The translations under genes were made by a program, and so were the position numbers. The notes beneath the pieces were generated by a model. That model saw only the letters and a program-made list of their open reading frames with translations. It was not told the DNA's origin and ran no database searches. From Gammaproteobacteria bacterium (GTDB lineage: Bacteria; Pseudomonadota; Gammaproteobacteria; UBA4575), in NCBI GenBank assembly GCA_045105615.1, contig JBGCDS010000027.1, forward strand, positions 3,036 to 67,035: a stretch of 64,000 nucleotides of DNA. The letters run 5' to 3'. Shown here piece by piece: positions 1 to 8,971 of the stretch. Within the stretch, counting starts at the first letter, position 1. Every line of letters begins with the position of its first letter.

Positions 1-1
1 G

Positions 2-739
2 ATCTTTGGTGATCTATCAAAACGGAACGCATTATTTATTGGCGCAGGGGAAACGATTGAACTTGCCGCACAGCACCTTAGCGCCGTCGGCGCCAATCGA
101 ATCACTATTGCTAATCGAAACATTACACGCGCGCAAAAACTGGCAAATAAATTTAATGGCTATGGCATTAGCCTTTCCTACATAGGTGAAGTATTACCAG
201 AAAGCGATATTGTGATTACTGCAACTTCCAGCACATTGCCCATCCTAGGCAAGGGCTTACTGGAAAGAAGCTTAAAGCGACGCAAGCACAAACCTATTCT
301 TGTAATTGACCTAGCGATTCCTCGCGACGTTGAACCTGAAGCGGCTATGTTACAAGACATCTACCTCTACAGTGTTGATGACTTGAAACAAGTAATCCAA
401 GAAAACATGCAATCAAGAATTAATGCTGCTGAAGAAGCTCAAATCATCATTGATGATGAAGTGACTAAGTTTTATCAGTGGATGCGTGGGCAAGATGTAA
501 CGGATGTAATTCGCACTTATCGCGGCCACGCAGAGCAACATAAAAATGAAGCCATAGAAAAAGCAGCACGCATGTTGAAACAAGGAAAATCTTCTGAAGA
601 AGCCATGCAGTTTCTTGCTAACACATTGGTCAATAAACTGTTGCATAGTCCTACCGAAGCATTAAAATCTGCAGGCGCAGAAAATCATCAAGAATTACTT
701 GAGGCGGCTAAAACAATTCTTGGCCTGCCTCGCGATTAA
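2..739 (+). CDS. hemA: glutamyl-tRNA reductase HemA, 3' portion (5' end lies outside window)
   Basis: ORF open from window edge in the same frame as ORF 212..739; Rossmann-like LFIGAGETIELAAQHL segment and dimerisation-domain tail; conserved hemA-prfA-prmC order. Confidence 0.85.
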   Translation: MFGDLSKRNALFIGAGETIELAAQHLSAVGANRITIANRNITRAQKLANKFNGYGISLSYIGEVLPESDIVITATSSTLPILGKGLLERSLKRRKHKPILVIDLAIPRDVEPEAAMLQDIYLYSVDDLKQVIQENMQSRINAAEEAQIIIDDEVTKFYQWMRGQDVTDVIRTYRGHAEQHKNEAIEKAARMLKQGKSSEEAMQFLANTLVNKLLHSPTEALKSAGAENHQELLEAAKTILGLPRD

Positions 740-781
740 GCTCGCGAGTATCCTCACAACTACCCCTTAATAATATCTATC

Positions 782-1864
782 ATGAAAGATTCAATTGTCT
801 CTAAGCTTGAATCGTTGCAAGAACGTCACCAAGAAATTGCCGGACTACTATCTGATCCAGACGTAATCTCAGACCAAAATCAGTTTAGAAAATTATCCAT
901 GGAATATGCGCAACTAGAGCCTGTCGTCGCTGCATTCAGCAAATACTCGCAAACAGTCGAAGATTTAGCTGGCGCAAAAGAAATGCTTGCGGATGATGAC
1001 ACTAGCGTACAAGAAATGGCTCAACAAGAGATTAGCGAATTACAAAAACAACAAGAAGAAGTTGAACTTGATCTGCAAAAATTACTATTGCCTAAAGACC
1101 CTCTAGATAATAGCAATGTGTTCATCGAAGTTCGCGCAGGTACTGGCGGCGATGAAGCTGCTATCTTCGCGGGTGATTTGTTTCGCATGTACTCGCGTTA
1201 CGCAGAACAAAAACGCTGGACAGTCGAAGTTGTTAACATCAATGAAGGCGACCATGGAGGCTACAAAGAAGTCATTGCACGCATTGTTGGACAAGGCGCT
1301 TATTCATTACTTAAATTTGAATCAGGCGCGCACCGCGTTCAACGTGTCCCAGAAACAGAATCTCAAGGACGTGTACATACATCAGCAGCAACTGTCGCTA
1401 TTCTAGCGGAAGCAGATGAAATCGATGATGTCGAAATCAATCCTTCAGACTTACGTGTCGACACCTTCCGCGCATCAGGCGCAGGCGGACAACACGTCAA
1501 CAAAACTGATTCAGCCATTCGACTCACACATTTACCTACAGGCGTCGTCGTCGAGTGCCAAGATGAACGCTCACAACATAAAAATAAAGCTCGTGCGATG
1601 TCATTATTAAAAGCACGTTTGCTAGATGCAGAACAATCCAAACAATTTGCCGAACAGGCTGCGACCAGAAAGAGCTTAGTCGGCAGCGGGGATCGCTCGG
1701 AACGCATACGCACTTACAACTTTCCTCAAGGACGCGTGACAGATCATCGTATCAATCTAACCCTATACAAGCTCGACGAATTAATGCAGGGAAATCTAAA
1801 CGAAATCATTGACCCGCTAATCAACGAGCATCAAGCTGAACAACTTGCTTCTTTGAGCGACTAG
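782..1864 (+). CDS. prfA: peptide chain release factor 1
   Basis: 360 aa, GGQ motif ([23 protein letters not shown]), typical RF-1 length and position after hemA. Confidence 0.95.
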   Translation: MKDSIVSKLESLQERHQEIAGLLSDPDVISDQNQFRKLSMEYAQLEPVVAAFSKYSQTVEDLAGAKEMLADDDTSVQEMAQQEISELQKQQEEVELDLQKLLLPKDPLDNSNVFIEVRAGTGGDEAAIFAGDLFRMYSRYAEQKRWTVEVVNINEGDHGGYKEVIARIVGQGAYSLLKFESGAHRVQRVPETESQGRVHTSAATVAILAEADEIDDVEINPSDLRVDTFRASGAGGQHVNKTDSAIRLTHLPTGVVVECQDERSQHKNKARAMSLLKARLLDAEQSKQFAEQAATRKSLVGSGDRSERIRTYNFPQGRVTDHRINLTLYKLDELMQGNLNEIIDPLINEHQAEQLASLSD

Positions 1865-1881
1865 TCATTACGCAAATACTC

Positions 1882-3045
1882 GTGACCAGTATCAAACAAG
1901 CCATTCAATATGGTCGCGAGTTATTAACCAATAAAGTCTACAACCCTCAGCAGGAAGCATCCCTCCTACTTGGATACAGCATCAATAAAACTAAAGAGTT
2001 CTTAATTTCTCATTCTGATGAATCAATCAGCGAGATTTCATTTCAACACTACCAAGCATATCTATCACGTCGTGCCAAAGGGGAGCCCATCGCCTATATT
2101 CAGCAACAAAAAGAATTTTGGTCGCTAGATTTAAAAGTAACTCCCGCAGTATTAATCCCTCGGCCAGAAACAGAATTAATTATTGAAATCGCCCTTCAGC
2201 TTTTACAAGGGAAAAATCATGCGAACATTCTAGATCTAGGCACCGGCAGTGGTTGCATTGCACTAGCAATCGCAAAAGAAAAACCTGATGCGCTTATTAC
2301 TGCCTGTGACAACTCTTCGGATTGTATTGATATTGCTAAAATTAATGCACAAAAACACGCACTTGATAACATTACCTTTATCACCAGCAATTGGTTTCAG
2401 TCAGTAGACACTAATAACTTCGATATCATTATCAGCAATCCACCTTACATCTCTAATGATGACGAGGATATTGAATACGGAGTACAAAAATACGAGCCTA
2501 AGCCTGCACTATTCTCGAGCAGACAAGGATTAGAAGATTTATTTCACATTATAAATCACGCACCTAATTATTTATCTTCTAACGGGACATTATTAGTTGA
2601 GCACGGTTATAAACAAGGCAACGATGTTCGCACACAGTTTAGTAAATGCGGTTACAATAACGTTCAGACTTTACATGACATACAACAACTTGAACGCGTT
2701 ACCCAAGGAACGGCGGCTAAATTAATGGACCTAAAAACTGACGAAGACGGATTCTTACTTGACCCAGAAGATTGGGATGAAGATTTCGCATTATCTACCG
2801 CTAAAGAAACAGAGTTAGAATTAAATCAAGATCATTGGCGCGTCATTCATATGATACGTCAACTTTATTCCGACTCTGGCGTGGTTCCTGAGCTGCGTAC
2901 TATTCTAAAAAATTTACGTCAAGAGATAGGTAAAGATAACGCAACACGAAAATATGTGTATGCATTATTCCCATATGGCTACGGTCAACAGGGTTGCAAA
3001 ATTGCTGGCATGCGCAAACCACTGAAACTATGGTTAGATCTATAA
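1882..3045 (+). CDS. prmC: release-factor glutamine methyltransferase PrmC/HemK (res 1-~278, NPPY motif) fused in frame to a ~109-aa TusE/DsrC-family domain
   Basis: GTG start; LDLGTGSGCIA SAM motif, ISNPPYI motif; C-terminal MDLKTDEDGFLLDPEDW...HWRVIHMIRQLY...RKYVYALFPYG..GCKIAGMRKP matches TusE/DsrC architecture but ends LKLWLDL (no penultimate Cys). Confidence 0.8.
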   Translation: MTSIKQAIQYGRELLTNKVYNPQQEASLLLGYSINKTKEFLISHSDESISEISFQHYQAYLSRRAKGEPIAYIQQQKEFWSLDLKVTPAVLIPRPETELIIEIALQLLQGKNHANILDLGTGSGCIALAIAKEKPDALITACDNSSDCIDIAKINAQKHALDNITFITSNWFQSVDTNNFDIIISNPPYISNDDEDIEYGVQKYEPKPALFSSRQGLEDLFHIINHAPNYLSSNGTLLVEHGYKQGNDVRTQFSKCGYNNVQTLHDIQQLERVTQGTAAKLMDLKTDEDGFLLDPEDWDEDFALSTAKETELELNQDHWRVIHMIRQLYSDSGVVPELRTILKNLRQEIGKDNATRKYVYALFPYGYGQQGCKIAGMRKPLKLWLDL

Positions 3046-3073
3046 CACCTCTAAAACTAACAATATAAAATTA

Positions 3074-3081
3074 CCCCCCCC
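3074..3081. repeat. homopolymeric C8 tract in 290-bp intergenic region
   Basis: ttaccccccccctaaaac seen directly; unusual in ~40% GC context. Confidence 0.6.
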
Positions 3082-3336
3082 TAAAACATAGCGATACATT
3101 TCGCTAACTCGTATTACACGTACACAGATCAGCGGCCACTAACAACCGATGAGCTGTTGCACCTAATTTGGCTATTTCTAGTCACATACATAAGTCCGCA
3201 GATAATCAATTAATTATAGCGGTTCGTCTTAGTGGCCTATAACCTTAGCCGGCAACTCAACTATTGTGACCACAATCACAATAGCTGCTTAGCTAGTCAC
3301 TAAGCCAACAAATCTATCCAGAGAGGATTTTTCTCA

Positions 3337-3834
3337 ATGCTTAAACTTATCCAAGTATCTGTTCTTTCTTTCATATGCGCATTTGCCACTCAATTTGCTT
3401 ACTCCGCTAGTGTCGGTGATGACGCACCCTCATTTCGCGCTCGCTCATTAGATGGCTCTGAAACTATCAGTAAAGCAGACCTTGAAGGAAAAGTAGTATT
3501 TGTAGATTTCTGGGCATCCTGGTGCCCGCCTTGCCTTAAATCATTACCCGAATTTGAAAATCTACAGACCTCATTTTCAGGCAGAGATGATGTCGTTGTG
3601 ATTGCAATCAACCTTGATGAAAACCCTAAAGATGCCACTGACTTCATCAACAAGATCAATGTCTCTTACAAAATTCTTGCCGACCAATCAGGTCAAATAC
3701 CAGAAGCCTTTGGTGTTAATGCCATGCCAACCTCATATGTCATCGATCAGTCAGGTGTGATTCGCTATGTTCATAGCGGATACAAATCAGGTGACGTGGA
3801 TAAAATCAAAAATGAGATTGAAAAATTACTATGA
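3337..3834 (+). CDS. TlpA/ResA-family periplasmic thiol:disulfide oxidoreductase (thioredoxin fold)
   Basis: signal peptide then WASWCPPC active site; 165 aa. Confidence 0.85.
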   Translation: MLKLIQVSVLSFICAFATQFAYSASVGDDAPSFRARSLDGSETISKADLEGKVVFVDFWASWCPPCLKSLPEFENLQTSFSGRDDVVVIAINLDENPKDATDFINKINVSYKILADQSGQIPEAFGVNAMPTSYVIDQSGVIRYVHSGYKSGDVDKIKNEIEKLL

Positions 3835-4049
3835 AAATCAAACTTAGCATTGTCTTTATTATTCTCATGACATTAGTCACCTCAGGTTGCACTGCAGTAA
3901 AACCTTGGGAACGTGGCACTCTTACCAAGAAAGAAATGGCGTGGTCACCTGACCCACTCGCGGCAACACTAGGCGAACACATTTACTTTGCTAAAGAAGC
4001 TGCTGCTGGCGGATACGGATCTGCAGGAGGCGGTTGCGGTTGCAACTAA
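3831..4049 (+). CDS. small lipoprotein with C-terminal GGGCGCN tail (DUF4266-like)
   Basis: lipobox LVTSGC, 72 aa, Gly/Cys C-terminus; start overlaps upstream stop (ATGA). Confidence 0.6.
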   Translation: MKIKLSIVFIILMTLVTSGCTAVKPWERGTLTKKEMAWSPDPLAATLGEHIYFAKEAAAGGYGSAGGGCGCN

Positions 4050-4054
4050 AACAA

Positions 4055-5272
4055 AAGCCAATGTCTTATACTAAAAAACAAACGTTAAGCCCTACCGTAG
4101 CAGCTTTATATTCTGCAGCATTTGCATTACCCGCTTACAATAAAGCAGTAGAAGCAGCTTCGCCAGATAGCGAACCTAGCATTAGTGCGCGTGTATCAAA
4201 ATACGAAGAGGATCGGCTAAGCAGTAGTAACTTCTCTGGCCTAGGAGATCAAGAACGTTACGACATTGAAATAGGACAGGTTAGCGTTGTGTATCCCATC
4301 AATGACACAATGCAACTCACAGTAAATAGTGCATATGAAAAAATGAGTGGTGCCTCTGCTTGGTTTGTTCAACCTGATGCTGAAGGCAATCCAGAGCAGG
4401 TCATGAGTGGCGCAACCATTGATGATGAACGCTTGGATGCAAGTGCAAAACTGGATATTTACAAAGGCAAATACACTATTAGCCCAAGCATTGGATTCTC
4501 AACCGAAAAAGATTATCAAGCAATATTCGGCGGCGTGTCAGTCGCACGTGAGTTAGATAATAAATCAACGACACTCCGCGGTGGAATATCCGCTTCTTTT
4601 GACGAGGTAAAACCAACATCAGATCCGGACATTGACCCTGGCCGTATCGATAAAGAAGATAAAGAAAATATTAGTGCCTTTGTTGGTATTGGGCAAGTTA
4701 TCAATAAGAACACTGTCGTTCAGTCCACCTTCACACTCGGACACCTATCTGGATTTTTATCTGACCCTTATAAATTAGTATTTAATTCTGCACTGCCTGG
4801 ATTACGAGATAGTCGCCCAGATGACCGTACCCAATATATATGGTCTGCGCAGCTAAGACGTTGGTCAGAAACTTTATCTGCAGCATTGCATGCAGACTAC
4901 CGATTCTATTATGACGATTGGAATATTCGTTCACATACATTAGACCTTGGATTTTTAAAACATACCGATAGCGGTTGGAGTTTTGAATATTCAATGCGCT
5001 ATTACAGCCAAACACAGGCTGATTTCTATGAGCCATTTTACAACGCTGTACGCTCAGATGGTTATTACTCAAGTGATTATCGCCTATCACCTTATGGAGC
5101 GTTGTCATTCCGTGTAAAACTTGCCGAAACAATCAACAACTGGACATTAGGCGTATCCGCTGAAAGATATATCAGTGATAAATCTTATTCATTGCAAAGT
5201 GTCGACGTGGAAAATCCAGGCTTGGTTGACTTCACCCTATTCACATTTGGAGTGGACTATTCATTTAAATAA
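4055..5272 (+). CDS. exported beta-rich protein, DUF3570-like (alternative TTG start 4034)
   Basis: ~400 aa, N-terminal hydrophobic signal-like segment, alternating beta-strand-like composition, aromatic-rich C-terminus (VDYSFK). Confidence 0.55.
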   Translation, partial: KPMSYTKKQTLSPTVAALYSAAFALPAYNKAVEAASPDSEPSISARVSKYEEDRLSSSNFSGLGDQERYDIEIGQVSVVYPINDTMQLTVNSAYEKMSGASAWFVQPDAEGNPEQVMSGATIDDERLDASAKLDIYKGKYTISPSIGFSTEKDYQAIFGGVSVARELDNKSTTLRGGISASFDEVKPTSDPDIDPGRIDKEDKENISAFVGIGQVINKNTVVQSTFTLGHLSGFLSDPYKLVFNSALPGLRDSRPDDRTQYIWSAQLRRWSETLSAALHADYRFYYDDWNIRSHTLDLGFLKHTDSGWSFEYSMRYYSQTQADFYEPFYNAVRSDGYYSSDYRLSPYGALSFRVKLAETINNWTLGVSAERYISDKSYSLQSVDVENPGLVDFTLFTFGVDYSFK

Positions 5273-5274
5273 TC

Positions 5275-6177
5275 ATGGAAATTTATAATTTTCCATTTCG
5301 CGCGATGGGCAGTCCGTGCGAGTTTCAACTCTATACTTCAGATAAAGACACTGCTGAACTCGCGTGCAAAAAAGCGCATTCAGAAGTCACACGCCTAGAA
5401 AAAAAATATTCACGCTATCGTACCGATAGCGTGACCAACACCATCAACAAATCTTCTGGCAATTTAACAGGCATTAAAGTCGATAGTGAAACAGCGTTAC
5501 TTTTAGACTATGCGCAGGCTGTTTACAAACAGAGCGAAGGTTTATTCGATATTACTTCCGGCGTATTAAGACGCGCATGGAATTTCAAATCAAACCAATT
5601 ACCCACACAGAGCCAAATTGATGAAGCACTAGAATTAGTTGGCTGGCAACATGTCGAATGGCAACGCCCACATATTGTACTGAAGAAAAAAGGTATGGAA
5701 ATCGATTTTGGTGGTTACGTAAAAGAATATGCTGTAGATGCTGCAGCAAACACATTACGCAGTTATGGCATTAACGCCGGCCTAGTTGATTTGGGTGGTG
5801 ATATTAAAGTATTAGGCCCACACCCAGACAATAAGCCCTGGCAAATTGGTATCAGACATCCTAGAGACCCGGCTAACGCCATTGCCACCACCACGTTAGG
5901 ACAGGGAGCCATTGCGAGCAGCGGTGACTATGAACGTTTCATTACTATCGAAGGTAAGCGCTATGCGCATATCCTTAACCCAAAAACAGGCTGGCCAATT
6001 GAAGGATTTAGTGCTGTTAGCGTGATTGCTAGTGAATGCTTAATCGCTGGAAGCTGTTCAACTGTTGCCATGTTGAAAGGTGAGCAAGACGGAAAGTCCT
6101 GGCTTGATTCGTTAAAACTTCCTTATATTAGTGTTAATAAAGACATGCATGTAGAAGGCACTACCAACATCAGTTAA
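5275..6177 (+). CDS. apbE: FAD:protein FMN transferase (ApbE family), no signal peptide
   Basis: 300 aa ApbE-like sequence; in-frame stop 3 codons upstream excludes a leader peptide. Confidence 0.75.
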   Translation: MEIYNFPFRAMGSPCEFQLYTSDKDTAELACKKAHSEVTRLEKKYSRYRTDSVTNTINKSSGNLTGIKVDSETALLLDYAQAVYKQSEGLFDITSGVLRRAWNFKSNQLPTQSQIDEALELVGWQHVEWQRPHIVLKKKGMEIDFGGYVKEYAVDAAANTLRSYGINAGLVDLGGDIKVLGPHPDNKPWQIGIRHPRDPANAIATTTLGQGAIASSGDYERFITIEGKRYAHILNPKTGWPIEGFSAVSVIASECLIAGSCSTVAMLKGEQDGKSWLDSLKLPYISVNKDMHVEGTTNIS

Positions 6178-6596
6178 TTCAAATTCAGTAACACTCTCAC
6201 TTTTGGTGTAAGCAAATCTTCAAGCGTATAATCATCAAGCACAGACAAAAATTGATCCAACGCCCGCGTAAAAATAGTTGCCAATTTGCAACTCGGTGTT
6301 AGCACACATTGATTCTCAGTAGAGAAACATTCCACCAAATCGAAACTTTGTTCTGTCGCACGCACTACTTCACCTAAATTAATCGCTGCTGGTTCGCATA
6401 CCATCTCTAGGCCGCCACCCTTTCCACGAATCGACTGTATAAACCCTAACGTGGCTAACTGATTCACAACTTTGACCAGGTGATTTTTAGGTATCGCATA
6501 GCTCTGTGCAATTTCATCAATCGTACAACGACGATCGGCACTCGCCAGATAAATTAACGTTCTTAAAGCAAAATCGCTGTATTTAGTTAAGCGCAT
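6174..6596 (-). CDS. nsrR: Rrf2-family transcriptional repressor, NsrR/IscR-like with 3 Cys cluster
   Basis: MRLTKYSDFALRTLIYLA wHTH N-terminus; C-x6-C-x5-C (CFSTENQCVLTPSC); divergent from globin genes. Confidence 0.8.
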   Translation of the reverse strand: MRLTKYSDFALRTLIYLASADRRCTIDEIAQSYAIPKNHLVKVVNQLATLGFIQSIRGKGGGLEMVCEPAAINLGEVVRATEQSFDLVECFSTENQCVLTPSCKLATIFTRALDQFLSVLDDYTLEDLLTPKVRVLLNLN

Positions 6597-6609
6597 AGTA
6601 ATAATTCTG

Positions 6610-6666
6610 TTGACATTAACATACATATTATATACATTTTATAAACATACATAACAAATACATCTT
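6610..6666 (+). promoter_or_regulatory. sigma70-like promoter (TTGACA-17-TACATT) overlapped by repeated ATACAT motifs including AAATACATCTT NsrR-type half-site
   Basis: seen in sequence between nsrR and trHb gene; four ATACAT repeats. Confidence 0.5.
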
Positions 6667-6680
6667 TAAGGGGGATATTT

Positions 6681-7049
6681 ATGTCAAATAGCTTATTTGA
6701 ACGAATTGGTGGCGATGCTGCTGTCGGAGCAGCCGTTGATATTTTTTACCAAAAAGTGATTTCTGATGACCACATTAATGGCTTTTTTGAAGGCGTTGAT
6801 ATGTCCAAACAGATGCGCAAAATGAAATCTTTCTTATCTTACGCATTCGGTGCTGACACACCCTTCCAAGGTGAATCTATGCGCACTGCACATGAAAGAC
6901 TAGTCAAGCAAGGATTAAACGACAGTCACTTTGACGCAGTAAAAAATCACATCGATAGCACATTAAAAGAATTAGATGTCGCTCAACCTCTAATTGATGA
7001 AGTGTTAAATATTACTGAGTCGACTAGAAATGACGTACTTAACAAATAA
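6681..7049 (+). CDS. truncated haemoglobin, group I (trHbN-like)
   Basis: 122 aa; FERIGGDAAVGAAVDIFYQKV...GFF pattern typical of 2/2 globins. Confidence 0.8.
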   Translation: MSNSLFERIGGDAAVGAAVDIFYQKVISDDHINGFFEGVDMSKQMRKMKSFLSYAFGADTPFQGESMRTAHERLVKQGLNDSHFDAVKNHIDSTLKELDVAQPLIDEVLNITESTRNDVLNK

Positions 7050-7119
7050 ACACTCAACTAATACTACATAGATGTATTAATAAGAGAGATTCTTTGTAAT
7101 TTCACTAGCGAGGTGAATC

Positions 7120-7569
7120 ATGGAAAATATAAGCGAGCAAACAAGACACATCTTAAAAGATACTGAACATCTTCTATGGGAAAAACAAGTCGAAGTCACG
7201 ACTCGAATGTATGAGATATTGTTTGAAAAATATCCTGAGACCAAAAATTTATTCCAGAGGTTTCGCTCGCATCAACCTAATATGTTTGCGGCTGCACTTA
7301 TGGCTCATATGATGAGCTTAGACGAACCTGAAGAGCTTCTTAGCTTACGGGTTGGTATATGCCGCAACCACGTTATTGCTGGCGTTAAAGAAGAACATTA
7401 CCCCATGCTGGCAGATGCATTGATCTCAGCTATGAGAGAACTACTATCTGAGCAGATGGATGAAAACACTATCGCTGCCTGGGAAAAATGGTACTACTTT
7501 CTTGCCAATCTCCTTATTGAGAGAGAAAGAGATCATTACCAGGAAAAGCATCTACTATTTCCTAAATAA
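7120..7569 (+). CDS. single-domain globin (Vgb/Hmp globin-domain-like)
   Basis: 149 aa; alignable to flavohaemoglobin globin domain (..YPETKNLFQ.. / ..WEKWYYFLANLLIERERDHY). Confidence 0.7.
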   Translation: MENISEQTRHILKDTEHLLWEKQVEVTTRMYEILFEKYPETKNLFQRFRSHQPNMFAAALMAHMMSLDEPEELLSLRVGICRNHVIAGVKEEHYPMLADALISAMRELLSEQMDENTIAAWEKWYYFLANLLIERERDHYQEKHLLFPK

Positions 7570-7593
7570 CCCAATTTAAAATAAGCAGCCTCT

Positions 7594-8031
7594 CTACTCT
7601 CTTAAGACGATTGCATTAACAGAGATAGGCACGACTGCCAGAGAACTACCTAGAGAATTAGTAGCTATCACATAAGCTTCAGTTCGTGCTTGTGGGGTGG
7701 TCGGCACTCCGCCAATTTCACATGTACGTCCATCTGACGACACAGACACCAATACGCCTTTAGGCAATCGAAACGATTCACACTTGATCACTTGATGACC
7801 TCCCATATTCTGAATGCGAATTTTTGGAATAGGAGAATAATGCGTAAAAATCAATTCCTCGGAATCACTTAACTGAGTGATTCCGGCCAATTTTCTAACT
7901 GGGCTCGGATCATTCAATTGAACGCACTTTAGCCGCACAAACGTCATTAGATAATCCTGAATCAACCCTGAGCTAAGGAGAAAATTAGCGGCTATCAGTA
8001 AGCAACAGATTAAAAGTAACACTCTCACCAT
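7594..8031 (-). CDS. hypothetical exported protein with Ig-like (He_PIG-type) C-terminal segment
   Basis: N-terminal hydrophobic leader; GGVPTTPQ...YVIATNSLG motif. Confidence 0.45.
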   Translation of the reverse strand: MVRVLLLICCLLIAANFLLSSGLIQDYLMTFVRLKCVQLNDPSPVRKLAGITQLSDSEELIFTHYSPIPKIRIQNMGGHQVIKCESFRLPKGVLVSVSSDGRTCEIGGVPTTPQARTEAYVIATNSLGSSLAVVPISVNAIVLRE

Positions 8032-8110
8032 GGAAGATAGATTTAATATCGAATTATTAGATAGTTAAATTATCGTACATCTCCAATGATATCAATACTA
8101 TCCTTGGCAA

Positions 8111-8464
8111 ATGTCTACTATTGCGCAAAGAATTCTACAGGCCCGAAAAGCCTGTGGATTATCACAGGAACTACTCGCCGAGAGGATGAAGGTTTCACGG
8201 GGCGCCTGTGGGCACTGGGAAAGAGGTAAAGCACTACCCAGTACTGACCATCTCACGCAACTTGCTAATATATTAAACGTACGCCTGGAATGGCTTGCGA
8301 CTGGCGAAGGTGATATCAACGCCTCCCATCAAATTTCAGAATCACCTGGTAATGAATATTCGATTTCAACCCAAGATGAAGAAACCAAAGAAGTCGCCGA
8401 ACTTTACTTTCGACTACCTAAAAGGAAACGGCAAATTATTTTAGACTTACTACGAGAACTATAA
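8111..8464 (+). CDS. XRE-family HTH transcriptional regulator
   Basis: ILQARKACGLSQELLAERMKVSRGACGHWERGKALPSTDHLTQLANIL helix-turn-helix. Confidence 0.8.
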   Translation: MSTIAQRILQARKACGLSQELLAERMKVSRGACGHWERGKALPSTDHLTQLANILNVRLEWLATGEGDINASHQISESPGNEYSISTQDEETKEVAELYFRLPKRKRQIILDLLREL

Positions 8465-8466
8465 GG

Positions 8467-8772
8467 TTAGTAATCAATATCCCCTAGCGGACGCTTGAAA
8501 GTATAACGTGCAGGTTCATTAATGAGATGCTCACGCACTTCTGGTTCGTTACCTCCCAACAAACTAAACGGCAGAGATACCGTATAAATTGCCGTGCCAG
8601 CTACCGTTGTTACTAATCCAATCGGACGCAACAAAACAGCATCTACGACTATCTTTTCACTTTTAGACAACAAACTCCCATGTGAATAACCATGATAGTG
8701 TCCCGCATAACTAACACTAGTAAACAGCACTAGGAACGCACAGATTAAAAAGTAACGTGTAAAATATTTCAT
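8467..8772 (-). CDS. hypothetical exported protein (His-rich GHYHGYSHG)
   Basis: start taken at MKYF; signal peptide; no recognised domain. Confidence 0.45.
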   Translation of the reverse strand: MKYFTRYFLICAFLVLFTSVSYAGHYHGYSHGSLLSKSEKIVVDAVLLRPIGLVTTVAGTAIYTVSLPFSLLGGNEPEVREHLINEPARYTFKRPLGDIDY

Positions 8773-8971
8773 ACAAACCTCAATCAATAGGGGTTATTTA
8801 GTGAGCATTATCGCATAAACCAAGCTAGAAAATGAGCCCCTTCAAACGGTTATTCACTCAGATAAATCAGTGATTCACAGGTTACCAACCTTCGAACTGA
8901 TGTGACTTATCATCAATCCTCTATAAATGTGTGATAATTCTTTTCTATAGCCACAGACCAAAGGATTCAAC

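Noticed and set aside
413-1713. Antisense or alternative-frame ORFs inside hemA and prfA (413..646, 1103..1294, 1116..1406, 1363..1713, 1416..1610)
   Set aside because: They lie entirely within strongly conserved housekeeping genes on the opposite strand or in another frame, with no independent features. Treated as shadow ORFs.
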